A DNA stretch of 63,835 nt, counting the filler, from Hyphochytrium catenoides (taxonomy: Eukaryota > Protista > Hyphochytriomycota), in the NCBI GenBank assembly GCA_900088475.1. It is 9 parts of 9 records of this genome, joined end to end, with 100 filler letters (N's around TTAATTAATTAA, not from the genome) between each part and the next. Parts side by side here need not be neighbours in the genome. Positions count along the whole stretch, not along the records: positions 42,838 to 57,659 come from FLMG01002885.1; positions 57,760 to 59,224 come from FLMG01002982.1; positions 59,325 to 62,429 come from FLMG01003201.1; positions 62,530 to 63,835 come from FLMG01000920.1; 5 more parts are not named here. The stretch is one strand, 5' to 3'. Under the pieces are notes generated by a model. It saw only the letters and a list, made by a program, of their open reading frames with translations. It made no database searches and was not told the origin of the DNA. Every line of letters starts with the position of its first letter. The stretch's first letter is position 1. This document shows, in pieces, positions 50,501 through 62,541 of the stretch. A program made the translations under genes and the position numbers.

Positions 50501-51311
50501 CCCCTTCCAGCTTCATTGGTTACTCGAACCCCCGACAGCCATCTTTTCGCTATCTTTTACTTGCTGAACCCCTTCTTACGCCACGTTAGCGCTTACTCGG
50601 TCGTCCCTGGTTCATCAGCATGAATCGTGAAGTTGACCTGCGCGGCATGGTCCTGCTGGGAGTCCCAGCTATAGCGAAACCCTTCCTGGTGCCATAGCCT
50701 CAGCACCGTTGGGCTTTCAAAATCTCTGCAAAGGGCGAGTCGGTAGTATTAGCGTCCAAGACCCATCTCTAGGCCAGCAGCGCACTAGCTGACCGCTGNN
50801 NNNNNNNNNNNNNNNNNNNNNNNNNNNNNNNNNNNNNNNNNNNNNNNNNNNNNNNNNNCCACAAGGCCATGGCAGTATGCCTTATGTCGAATCTGCTCTC
50901 AATGGCGCTTGACCTACCTGCCACAATGGATCCAGGCTGGGAGAGTCATCAAGGACGCCCTTAGGAACCATGATATGGTAGAGCTGGAAGACAGTGAACG
51001 AGACATAGCAGAGCTGATGGGGAGCAAGGGAGGGTGTGAGCTCGCTGTGGACCCCATTAAAAGCAATGACGTGGCGTACTTACGAAGAGGCTAACAACGA
51101 TCGGAGTGAAGGAGCAAAGCCGGCGTAGTGCTGAGGGAGTTCTTTTATGTTGGCCAGCGCTTGTAGCACTGCTGTCTTTGCCATGACTCTTGTCTCGCGA
51201 AGTTGGGAGCAAAGGCGCTACCGGATCTTCCTTTTTCTGATCAGCTGAGGCCACCTCCTCCTTACCTCTCCCTCTCTGTCTTAGCTCCGATGCTGCAGCT
51301 TCCTGCGCCAT
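47506..51311 (-). CDS. CLPTM1: CLPTM1 / CLPTM1L family membrane protein, multi-exon
   Basis: LLAFKNDISFWK, KSMKGLSVRT, MTPQLFINYKLKSVAHLPWR, NTFIDDIFAFIIHMPTMHRLSCFRDDIVFLIYLYQRWIYPVD. First exons at about 51311-51084 and 50985-50920 are inferred across an N gap. Confidence 0.92.
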
Positions 51312-52184
51312 TGTGAGCGTCAACCCTTTGCGCTAGTGCTGGCAGGGTTGACGGGGAAAGGGCATAGGAAGATGATGGCGAAGTTTAAGGCTAACTAGCT
51401 TCAGACAGGGGGCGCTACGTAGCTCGAAGCAGCTTGCTAGATATCACAGGCACTGCCTAGAACATCATCCAGTTTGCAGTGAGAAAGAGGCTAGTGTGCC
51501 TTGCGTGTCAAGAGCAGCAGCTATGCCCGCTCTGTTCCGGGCCCGCGGTGCCGCAGCGCTCTGCTCAGGATCCAGCTCTTTGGGCATCAGGAGATTATGG
51601 TTGGTGCAGGTCGAGCCGGTAACGAGCTTATCAAGCGAATCCGTGAAACTTCAACTCTGTCTCCTCACTTCGAGGTGTCTATCGGGTGTGTCAAAGGGTG
51701 ACCAGGTCGCCTCTTTGATGAGCCCAGTGCTTGGCGCTTGAAACAGCCCACATTCCCCCTTCCAAGCCATGCCGCCACTCTACTTCTTGCTGTCTATGAC
51801 TGCTGACTATTTGCCAGGGAAGGACGCATTGCTTCCTCATCCTTACTGAAGAGATTGCTGCTCTTGATGAAGCTGTGGCACGCGAAGCAGTCATATTGTA
51901 CTGGGCATTAGAAGCCTCGGAGAGTACGGGGGACAAGCTGAGCTGCCAGAAGCTCTGTCGTTAAAGAGCAAACGTACTTCTGCCGCTATTTTGCTGAAGC
52001 TCTACACATGCTCGGTCATGAGTGGATTTGATTGTCTTTCTTTCAGCAGCGGTGACAAACGAGGATTGTTTGGACGGAGTCGTGACACAAGCTATCTTCT
52101 CTTGATGCAACTACTGAGTGCAAGATCTGGAGGCATGGCAAGCTTCTCTTCTCGAAAATAAATATTTATCTCTGTCCTCTCAGG

Positions 52185-55100
52185 TCAGACAGTCCTCATT
52201 GGATCTCTTAATGCCGCAGTGAACTTCTCCAGCGCGATCTTTGCACGATCTTGCACCAGATCATCTGGGTCTGAGAGCATCATCTGTTGCAAGGCTCGAT
52301 ATATAAGCACACAGTCTTCTGATGCCGTACAGAATCGATAGCGGTGCGATGAATGAAGGTAATCCAGCGCAATGCCAGACAACACGGAGAACAGAGCAAA
52401 TGAAGAAAATGACTAGAAAGAAGCGAAGTCCCCGTACCTTGAGCCGCGCTTCAAACCCAAAGTCTCTCAGCTTTGCAACTATAGCTTTGCGTTCCCCCTC
52501 AGACGTTCGGGGCTTCTGACCTGGGGCATCCCAGAGTAGGTTGACGATACACCAGATGGCTGCCGTCCTCATCGCGCCTTCGGGATGGGCCTGCGTAACA
52601 GAAAGCTTGCGCTCAGTCGTAGCCACAGAGAGGACGGAATAGGAACGACTCGTCAGCTAGTCACCTAACTTACAGTGTAAGCTAGGACTCCCTGGAGGAT
52701 CTCGTCCTGTACGACTAGCCTCTTCTGAGAGCAACTGCGGGTGGAGAGAGGATCGTGGTGACAGGTTGTGAGTTGTCAGAGGAGCTCCCTGCTCGTAGTC
52801 TTTGGGGATTGCAGATGGCAACAACTCTCGCAACACTAAGGCAATTGCAAATAATGAAAGAGAGACAAGGAGAGATCAACCGGTAGCTCTGGTAGGACGA
52901 CGTGGTTAACGACGTTCAAGCTGGCTGGCATACCTTCCGGAAGCAACGTTGCTCAGAACATACATTGCTTGGAGGGCTACAGGCCAGAACTCGCTATACA
53001 TCTGAAGGAATGCAGTTAGCTGAGTCAGTCCTTTCTTCCCTCCTTCATTCCCTTCAACTAGTTATGGTCCCTACTCTTGTGCTGATCATGACCCTCATAC
53101 TCTCTCTTTATCTCAGAGTTCCTCGAGCCAGAAGACTATGCCCCGCGTTTTTACCTTGTCCTTTAATATTTCCACAAGAGTCTGAGCACAGGTTTGTGCC
53201 ACGTCTGGACCCACAAGCCCTGCATAGTCTGGCTGACCTATACAAAGATTCCGCATGAGAAACAGGGCTTGCTCCTCGATTTCTGGGTCCTGGTCTGCAG
53301 CTAGTCTGAATGAGGAATGAAAGAGGAAGAAAGAGCGTTAGGTACAAGAAGAAGCAGGGATGCTTAGGTAGCGGCGATAGAAGGCACGAAGAAAGCAAGA
53401 GAGCTTAAGCATCGTCAATGGCCTCATATCTTCCAAAGCCATCACATCCAGAGCAGTACCGCACTTTTGCAAGAGAGGAAAGGGCAAGGCTAAGGCCACA
53501 GCCTTCTTTACTCCTGATTCCGCCATGAAGACGAGATTCTTTAGAGCCCAAATAGCATTGAAGCGAATGGCTGAATTCGGAGACTGTGAGAGCTGTACAA
53601 AGAGCTCCACCCCGCCTTTTCCCAGGACCAGCTTTCTCATTTGCGAAAGATCCAGAATCATGTTGCTGAGGATTGCAAGGCAGACGCAGTGGAGCTCCTG
53701 CTCTCTCTCTCTTAGTATCTGAAGGAGAGAGCGCACCACAGCCTCTTCAGCTAGAGTTTGGCGCATCTGAGAACGAGAAAGGCCCTTCAATAGGCGCAGG
53801 GAGGCCGCGCAAGTGGGCGTCGCCTAAGTAACATAGCGACGTGACCGTAAGAAGTCATATCAGGTACACTTAATGCATTTGTTCAGAGACCCCAAGACGG
53901 CAGATAGGAAGTGACCGACGCCAAGACTGTGAAGGCAACAAGCAGCAGCTACTCGAGTATGTACGCTAGTTAACATCATAGGGCGGAGGTCTGCGATGTT
54001 AAGATGAGTACTTGTGTGGGGGTATGGACAAGACGTACCGAACTTGAAAGGCACTGTAGAAGAATAGGTAGCACCTTGGACTGGAAGACAATGGCCCGAT
54101 TGGCCTGTAAGGATGCCGGAAGAATTTACATGGCAAGCAGTTGGAGAGGAAAGCCCGAGAGAGAGGATACTGTTAGTTTCTGTGGTTTAGTGGTTTCCGG
54201 AACAAATTCACAGCGCCAGACTACAGACTTGAGTGGGCAGCATAGCCAACAAGACGGGGCTCACAACCTACCTCTTCGCTGTCGCAAAGCACTGCTAGAG
54301 AGGATAGAAGCGCAGCTGTCTCTTCGCTGTATCCTGGTTGAGACTGGGTGGCCTTCTTGAGTTGAGAGACAAGAACAGTGACCTATTCGGGGAACGCCGC
54401 GTTAAACAATAAATAAATAAGACCTTCCTTCCTTTAACACCGTACACATCTGGCCACCCCTTGGCACTTACAGCATCAGTCCGACCTGCCGCTCGTCCAG
54501 CATCTTTGTCCCTATCAATGAGCTGTACTAGAAGTGATTGTGCTTGTCTCCTTAAGCCGGGCTCATTATTCTCACAAAGTTTTACCAGAGTTGGTACCAC
54601 TTTGTGGTTGACAAGCTCCCGTAAGGAAGGAGCTGTCTGACGCATCGCCCGAATAGGTGGCGTAGAGTCAGTATCCGCGGCCTCTTCACGAGTATCACCA
54701 CTGCTAAACAGTATGCAAGGGTGGGGGTTAGCTCGCTCTTGCAGCCACTACCTCGCGGTTATGAGGCGGGAAGGCTGCCAGTTAGGGCTCTGCGTGGTCG
54801 TGGGAACAGGATTAAAGAAACAAAATTGACTGACGGAGGAAAAGAGCCAACCAAAACGAAGGATAACGTCTACCTTATTAGTGCCCCTAAACAGCTACAG
54901 GCCTGAAGGCGCACGGCAGCTTCTTCACTTTCTAACCGGCTCTCTGACACCCTTACTAGCTCCTCCCGCAGAGCTCCAGCTTTCAGTCCCTGAGCAGGTA
55001 AACTCTGGACAAGAGTAGCAAGGCCGCTCAAAGCCAGCTCCTAGAACACGGAGGTATAGCTTCAGTCTCATCAAGGGCTTAAATCGATGCGCACGACAGA

Positions 55101-56690
55101 GAGAGTAACGAACTAATATTTCAAGGCCTCTAATAGAACGACAGTAAGAGGTGACGAGCAGCATCTTGATCTCCTTTGCCTAAGCATAAGCTTAATAGAC
55201 CAAACTAAGGTTAGGCCCAGGAATGACTACAGGAGATCCATACCTCAATAGTTTGAGGGCATCTTTGAGTGCTTAAGCTGTCACAAAGGAGAGCAATGGC
55301 TCCCGCCGCGATAAGTTCTTTTCTCAGACTGCGAGAGGCGGACGCTGCAGCTATTATCAGGGCCAAGGCGTTCTCCAATGAATCCTTCTGAACTCTCCTG
55401 CATGATGGTAAAATCGAGGCGTAGACAAGCAAAGAGAGCAGAGTATATATGAGAGAGAGAGAAGGTGAACGACAAAAGGCATCCTGATGTATGCTAATCA
55501 CGGATCGACCTCAGAGCATAATCGATCCCACTACTGACCATTGAAGCTCTTGGCCAGAGTGAGCACAACAAAAGGAGATAGATACTTGACCTATCTCTCT
55601 CTCTCAGAATAATTTTGGTTCACGGGGGCGTACCGAAGCTTCGTGTCTCTGATAATTGGAGCTATAAGTGATAGCAGCTTCTGGTACCGACTATCTGCCA
55701 GCAGCCAGTCGACGAAGTCTCCCTCACCATCCTCCGATTCAGCGAACAACTTTAGGCAGCGCAAAGAAGAGCGTACTAGGCGCTCGCCAGACAGCAAGCA
55801 GAGAGAGAAGATAGGATCCCGAGACTGCCGGGATACCTCAAGCTTCCGTGCGGAAGAGACCTGTTTATAAACAGAGCCATCTACGAGCCAGAAGACAGCA
55901 TAAGTCACTCATGATCATCCTCAGACAACTAGTTGAAGCATCAAGCAGATAAGGACTGAGAAACAAGCAGAGCCCCTTTGGGATGGACGCATGAGGAGCG
56001 TTTTATAGCAATGCACATCGTAAGAGGGAAGAGGACGAAGGAGAAATCTCCATCTCTTCCTTCAGGAAGGATCAAAGAGGTTGGAGCTCTAGTCATAGCC
56101 TTGGTAACGAAGCAGCTAACCTGGCGCTATAATAGGCTCATTCTGGAGGTGCCGAGGCTGTCTTTGAAAGAGCAAAGACGATAATGTGTCCAGGATGTGG
56201 ATGAGCAGCTCTGCAACAAAGACAAGAGTAGATGAGTGAAAGGGGAAGAATAAAACCTCACCTAATCGTGAAGACGGGACGACGCCACAGCTAGAGGGAA
56301 CAAGAGAGAGACAGTGTGTGTATGTGCGCGAGAGAAAAAACCGTCTGTATATAGGGAGCGAGAAAGACAAAGAGAGGAAACGAGAACCAGTCTACGAATA
56401 GGAGGAGGACTGATCCAGGAGAGAGAGTATCTAAAGCAGAACGTCATCCGGACTCGGACTCGAGACGCAGCAGGTGGCACAGGCTTACCCTCTGCCTCTT
56501 CGTCCACAGCTGCATATCGCCGTAAGGTGGCAATCAGTACCGAAGGGGCATCATGGGCAAAGAGAAGCGCTTTCGCTAAGTCATTTCCTACAACGACGTT
56601 CTTCAGATGCCTCGCGGCCTGTAGGTGCGCCCTGAAGGGCAGCGTGGCATCCTGGAGCTGCCTGAGAGCGCTTGAAAGTCGCTCCTCCAT
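52185..56690 (-). CDS. ARMC8: Armadillo repeat protein 8-like (GID5/Vid28; CTLH/GID E3 ligase subunit), multi-exon
   Basis: LKNVVVGNDLAK, GLSRS, LSNMILDLSQMR, IRFNAIWALKNLVFMAE, AAIWCIVNLLW, DPDDLVQDRAKIALEKF match the ARMC8 motif pattern. Confidence 0.8.
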
Positions 56691-57659
56691 GCCTTGGGTC
56701 TGCCTGGATCCTATCGGAGCAGTGATGAGGTTCGTCCTACCTCTCTAGGACTTGCCAAGTGGAAGAAGGGCTCTTCCCAGCTCTCAAGGCCCATCTCACG
56801 ACTGAGGTTGCTTTGGCTTTAACCTCTTCTCTTTCCTCGCTCTTCCTTGGCTCTCACACCAGTGTACTTCTAGAGGAAAGGTCAGAAATGGTGCTGATAT
56901 CACTTCCCTGCTCGAGAGAGGTCCCGAGCGCCATCGTTTGGAGCTTCAACCTCATCTGGTCTCTCTTCTTACCCTCTCTCTCCCTCTTTTTCTCCCTCTC
57001 TCTCTCTCNNNNNNNNNNNNNNNNNNNNNNNNNNNNNNNNNNNNNNNNNNNNNNNNNNNNNNNNNNNNNNNNNNCACACACACTCACTCTCACTCTCTCT
57101 CTTTCTCTCACTCTCTCTCTCTCTCTCTCTCACACACTCACTCTCACTCTCTCACTCTCTCTCTTTCTCTCACTCTCTCTCTCTCTTTCTCTCTCTTTTT
57201 CTTTTTCTCTCTCACTTCTATTCCCCGCCAACTCACTATTTCTCTGACGTCGACCTCTGTCTATCAATAATGTCTCTCTGTCTGCCTCGTTTCTCTCTGT
57301 CTTCTGTCTTCTCTCACTCTTGTGATGTTCTCACTAGCCGTTACTGGCTATCTCTATCCGTTATCATGTCGCTTGGTGTCTTCACGTCCTCTCTACACAG
57401 CCGCTCAGGCGCCAGCGCCACAGAAGTGAGCCATCAGCCGGCAACCGCCTCGCCTGTCCAGGTCAAATCTCTGCGTCTTCTTCCTCTCTAGCTCCCCCAC
57501 GACACTCCTTCTCCATCGTCACATCCTGTCGTGCGCGATCACTGCCAGTGTCTCCTGGAAGGCAGTAGAGTTCAGACAAGCTGGGCTTTTGAGGCTGGAG
57601 GACTAGCCAAAGAATAACCCGGCGTCCTAACATTCTTGACTCAGGATAGCGACTTGGTT

Positions 57660-57759
57660 NNNNNNNNNNNNNNNNNNNNNNNNNNNNNNNNNNNNNNNNN
57701 NNNTTAATTAATTAANNNNNNNNNNNNNNNNNNNNNNNNNNNNNNNNNNNNNNNNNNNN
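57660..57759. other. Artificial scaffold-joining spacer
   Basis: 44 N + TTAATTAATTAA + 44 N. Confidence 0.97.
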
Positions 57760-59224
57760 ACATCCCTTTTGCCTAGATATTTGTCTATTAGGGACGGATT
57801 TACCGTCCGTTTGGTCAAAGTAACCTAATATATTGTGTAGATGGGTCAGAGTTTATTCAGTCCAGAAAGGCAGAAAGTAAGATGTCTCCTTATGTGTTGC
57901 CAACAAAACCCCTCCATAAGGACCACTTGGGCCAGTCATTAGTTATGGAACCTCGCACTGACCCGTTTAGAGGGATCTTAAACAATGTATAGTCTTATTG
58001 TAAAGCGGTCCACTGCGGGCTGAAGTGGTCCAAGATTACTTTTTCTCCTGCCTCTATCCCGCTTGACGTTTCTCCATTTCTCCGTGGCCTGATAGGGATA
58101 AAAGCTATGAGAGAACTCGTCCTCTGTCTCACCCAATCTCGCCACTCTGTCTATCAAGCCAGCCGCTCTGTATGATCATATGATCCACTGTCCAGGTCTA
58201 GGCGCGGCATTTATTAGAGAAAATCTATGGCGCGGAGCGTGGCGATAGCTTGAGATCCTGTGGCTGCTGAGCGGAGGCAGCGCAGGAGAGAGACAGGAGG
58301 AGAGACAGGAGAGAGAGAGAGACAGGAGAGAGAAGGCGAGGTGCTTGCAGCGTGAAAGGACAGACAGAGTAGTCGTAGGAGGGTGGACGTTGGTGTGAAG
58401 AGAGCGAGCTTTTCATACGTTTTCCTAGACTTCAACATCTTCTCTCAGATAATGCAGACTCCAGAGAGTCGGGGAGAACGATAAACAATCCCATGAAGAT
58501 TCTTTTTCCGACCTGTTCAGCTCTGACATCCGAGGCTACCTGCTGTCACTTTAATGATCGACATTGTGCACTAGCGTCAGATTCCTTCCCTTTATAAAGC
58601 AGAAGAATATCATCCACTGGGCGACAGCCTACTATAGAGAGACAAGCGCTTGAAGAGGACGCCCTAAGGTTCCTTGTAGTTCTATGCACTGGTGGTACTT
58701 CGTTCCGCCTTCCTCCGTATTAGATTGGAAGCGACAACCTCAAGCAGTCCACAGGGAAACTAGGGTGTGAAAATATGTGGGCATCTAATCGTAGCCTGAG
58801 ACATCACCGCTGGAGTAGAGAGTGAACTCTTCGCTTGAACTCATGAGGTAGGCATCAGGGTCCTAGACCGCAAGCCACGACTAATTACCAAGCGCCTTAG
58901 AGCTTCCCCCCTTGTAACCTACCGCCACACGTGTATATGGCTACTGAATAGTGCAGAGACAGCATCTCTAGATGGTGTTGGCGGGTCCAGACACCAGGAG
59001 CTTTCTGTTCCAAATGCTAGGTGATTCCTATTCAAAAAGTGTACGGCTGCGGCTCATAGGTACAGTTCACTATACATTCAGTCTTTATATCTATAGAAGA
59101 CAGTCAGTCCACTCTACGCCTCCTTGCCCCTCTTTAGCTGCTGGGCGATCTGCGCGAAGTGCTTGCCATGCGCCCTGGCCACGTTGATCTCCAGCTCCGT
59201 TGGCTGACGGCTGCCGTCTCCGCC

Positions 59225-59324
59225 NNNNNNNNNNNNNNNNNNNNNNNNNNNNNNNNNNNNNNNNNNNNTTAATTAATTAANNNNNNNNNNNNNNNNNNNN
59301 NNNNNNNNNNNNNNNNNNNNNNNN
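59225..59324. other. Artificial scaffold-joining spacer
   Basis: 44 N + TTAATTAATTAA + 44 N. Confidence 0.97.
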
Positions 59325-59813
59325 GACATGGGAGGGGAGATGGAAGGAGCTTCACCACTCTTGTCATTCTTTTAATTGGGCCGTCCAACAAGCAGACCCA
59401 ATTGAATTGAAGCGATCGATGGAGCTTTGCCTACTCTCTTATCCTATCGCATCAGTGACGAACAACCTCTTCATCTCCCAAGCCCGAAGGCTTGTCCTTT
59501 ACTTCTCTCTGTCTCTCTCTCTCTTTCCCTCTGTCTGTCCTCTCTCAATCTCTTTCTTTCTCGCTCAAAGGTATCTTCTCCATCGGAGCTAAGAACGGGT
59601 GTAAGTGGGATTCTTACTTCTTTAATTAAATAGCGGGTTCTTCGCCATCAATGGCACTAGTCTATCGCAAGGCTCTGATTCCTAGAAGGAATTGAAGGAG
59701 CCCTAACATTTGCTGCTTCCTCGCCTCTCTCTCTCTTTCTTCTTTCTCACTCTCTCTCGCTCTCACTGCTTTTGTCTCTTGCTGGTTCGATCTGTACCTG
59801 CTGTGCGTATACC

Positions 59814-62160
59814 TCAGGCAAGAAACTGCTGGTAGACAGGGTTATCTGTTTCCTCTATGTAGACATAGCCCAACTGAGCCAGGAAACGCTCGAAGGGCTG
59901 GCGCGTCTCCTCTGGGACTTGAATTCCCACCAGGACACGGCCAATGTCCGCGCCATGGTTTCGATAGTGGAAAAGAGTCACGTTCCAGCCCGCAGAGAGA
60001 GAAGAGAGGAACGTATGGAGGGCGCCTGCCAGGAAATAGACGAGACACAACGAGAGACAAGTTAAAGGAAACGTGTGTTCAATGAGTCGGAAGGCAAAGG
60101 GCATAGGGTCCGAGTGACATCCGGGGCACAAGGAGCTATCCATGAGAGCGACGAGACAGATAAGAGTTATAAACGAGAGAGAGTAAGATAGAAGGTGTAA
60201 GCGCACCTGGCTTCTCGGGGAATTCGAACCTAAAGAGTCGTTCATTCGTGACTGTGGGTGCCCGACCGCCTGCCAGATGCCGACCGTGTACCTTGGCCAT
60301 CTCATTATCACTCAGATCAAACACCTACCGAGCCAAGAGGACGTGCCGGAGAGGACGGGAAGAGCGATTTAGAGGGGAGACAGAGTGTGGATTACTCTAT
60401 CAAGAGGAGAAGACAAAGCCACAGGGAGGGACGGAGAGAGACAGAGGAAGACACCAACGGTGGCAGAGCAATCAAAAGAGAGATAACGAGGAACATGGGC
60501 TATGAAGCTCTGGACAAAAAAAGCGTCAGACAAGTCACTGGAGAGAGAGCGCTAATGGCTGCCAAATCAAAAAGAGTAGTCCTGCTGAAGAAAGGGAAAG
60601 AGTCAACACCCTCTTCTTTTCCTTTGTCTCACCTTATACCTCTCTCCTATTGCTTCTATCACGCTACCGCTATCCTCTTTACTCCTAGACTGGAAGCTCA
60701 TATAGATGCACGCTTGAGAGCTCGGCTGCCAGCGGTAGCTGAACTCTGTCACGTTGCGAGGGTGAACGTACTTGTACAAGTCCTAGAGAAATAGAGAAGG
60801 TGGCCACAGAGGAGAGCGCTCAGCATCAAAAACAAAAGTCGGAATCTTTAGGAGCGCATCTCTTTCCCCATCTCGCACCTCTGCCATTTCTGGCCCTCTC
60901 ACTGCCTCTTCCCTTCCGTTCGTCCTCTGTCTCACTCCTTCTCTTCGTCCCCTCTGGTCTGATCAACTGGCTCTCTGTCATTTACTCTTCCCCTCTCCCT
61001 CTCCTTGTCTCTTCTGATGCTTATTTGCCTCTCTCGTCCTACCATAAAAGCCCCAGGCTCCTCGGGTATAATGACTGAGATCAAGGTTTCGCTGGTATCC
61101 GCGCGGTCCGATACGAAGCGAAGGCGGTCAAAGTCCATGTTTGCCCCTGACGCGGTTGCCACAAAGGTCTGGCCCGTGCTTCCATTCGTCTGGATGTATC
61201 TGAGGAGATGAACACCGAGACCAAGAGCATAAGACAGCGAAAAGAATGACGGGAAAAGGGAGAGATAAGGAGGAGAGAGAGGAGGGAGACGAAAATTCTC
61301 TCTTTCTTATCTCTGCTATGTCCTTTCTTCTTCTGTGCTCCCATCTCACCAACTCTCTCTCTCTCTCTCTCTCTCACGCTATGTCTCTCTCTTTTCTTTT
61401 TCTCCTTCTCTCTCTTACTGTCTCTCTCTTTCTTCATGTTTTCGGAAATGCCTCTCTATCTGATTCTCACTTCTTCATTCCTGCGACAGCAAGTGCTCCT
61501 GCTGGCTCGAGAATGCTTCTCGTGTCATTGAAGACATCCTTGATAGCGGCGCATATCTCATCAGTGCTAACGGTGATCATCTCGTCCACATATTGAGAGC
61601 AGAGTCGGAAGGTCTCTTCTCCAATGTACCGCACAGCAGCCCCGTCCGCGAAGAGCCCAACGTGCTTGAGCTCTGATCTCTTTCCTGATCAAGAGAGAGG
61701 GGAACAGACAATAGGACAGACGTTTAGGCAACCGAGAGAGAGAGAGAGAGAGAGAGAGAAGGAAAGAGGGGTACGTTTGGCTGCGTAAGGGGCTTACCTG
61801 AAGCGAGAGAGACAGTCATCCCCGGCGCATCAGCAGCCTCTACGCCTATCACTTTAACTGAGGGCCGGACACGCTTCACATAGGCAGCAATTCCTAAGAG
61901 AGGGCACCAAAGAGTAGGTTGGCAAGAGTAAGAGTAAAGCTGGAAGAGCCAACCCACAACGTGCGTGCTCTAGAGTGCTTAGCGAAGCGAGAGAAAAAAG
62001 AAAGAAAGGAGGGGACAGAGAGAGATAGTCTGGACAAAAGAGGCAAAGGAATGAGAGGGAAAATGAGAGAGATGGAAAGGTCTTCGACAATAAATTGAAG
62101 AGATGATGAAAAAATGAGACTAAATGGGAGAAAGACAACACGAGCGAGAGAGCCAGGAAC

Positions 62161-62205
<45 letters not shown>

Positions 62206-62429
62206 GAGACAGGGAGAGAGAGGATGAAGTGTGCCGCCTAAACTTATAGCTGTCTCACCGGCAAGCATGCCTCCTCCACCACAGCAGACGAAGATCGCAT
62301 CAAGAGGCTTTCCGTTCCTTTCTTTTAGTATCTCCATAGCCACTGTGCCTTGTCCCGCAATGACGAGAGGGTCGTCAAAGGGATGAATGAAGGTGTAGCC
62401 TTCCTGGTCCGCTAGACGCTTTGCTTCTG
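59814..62429 (-). CDS. ilvA: Biosynthetic threonine dehydratase/deaminase with C-terminal regulatory domain; multi-exon, 5'-truncated
   Basis: [107 protein letters not shown]. Confidence 0.95.
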
Positions 62430-62529
62430 NNNNNNNNNNNNNNNNNNNNNNNNNNNNNNNNNNNNNNNNNNNNTTAATTAATTAANNNNNNNNNNNNNNN
62501 NNNNNNNNNNNNNNNNNNNNNNNNNNNNN
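62430..62529. other. Artificial scaffold-joining spacer
   Basis: 44 N + TTAATTAATTAA + 44 N. Confidence 0.97.
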
Positions 62530-62541
62530 ATGGTAGCCAAG

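Noticed and set aside
57760-59224. Gene or element on this short scaffold
   Set aside because: No recognisable ORF, splice model or terminal repeat; only a trivial small hairpin near 57793.
19391-62485. Eight identical TTAATTAATTAA palindromes as a biological repeat or regulatory site
   Set aside because: Each is centred in exactly 44+44 Ns and gives stops in all six frames, so it is an artificial concatenation linker.
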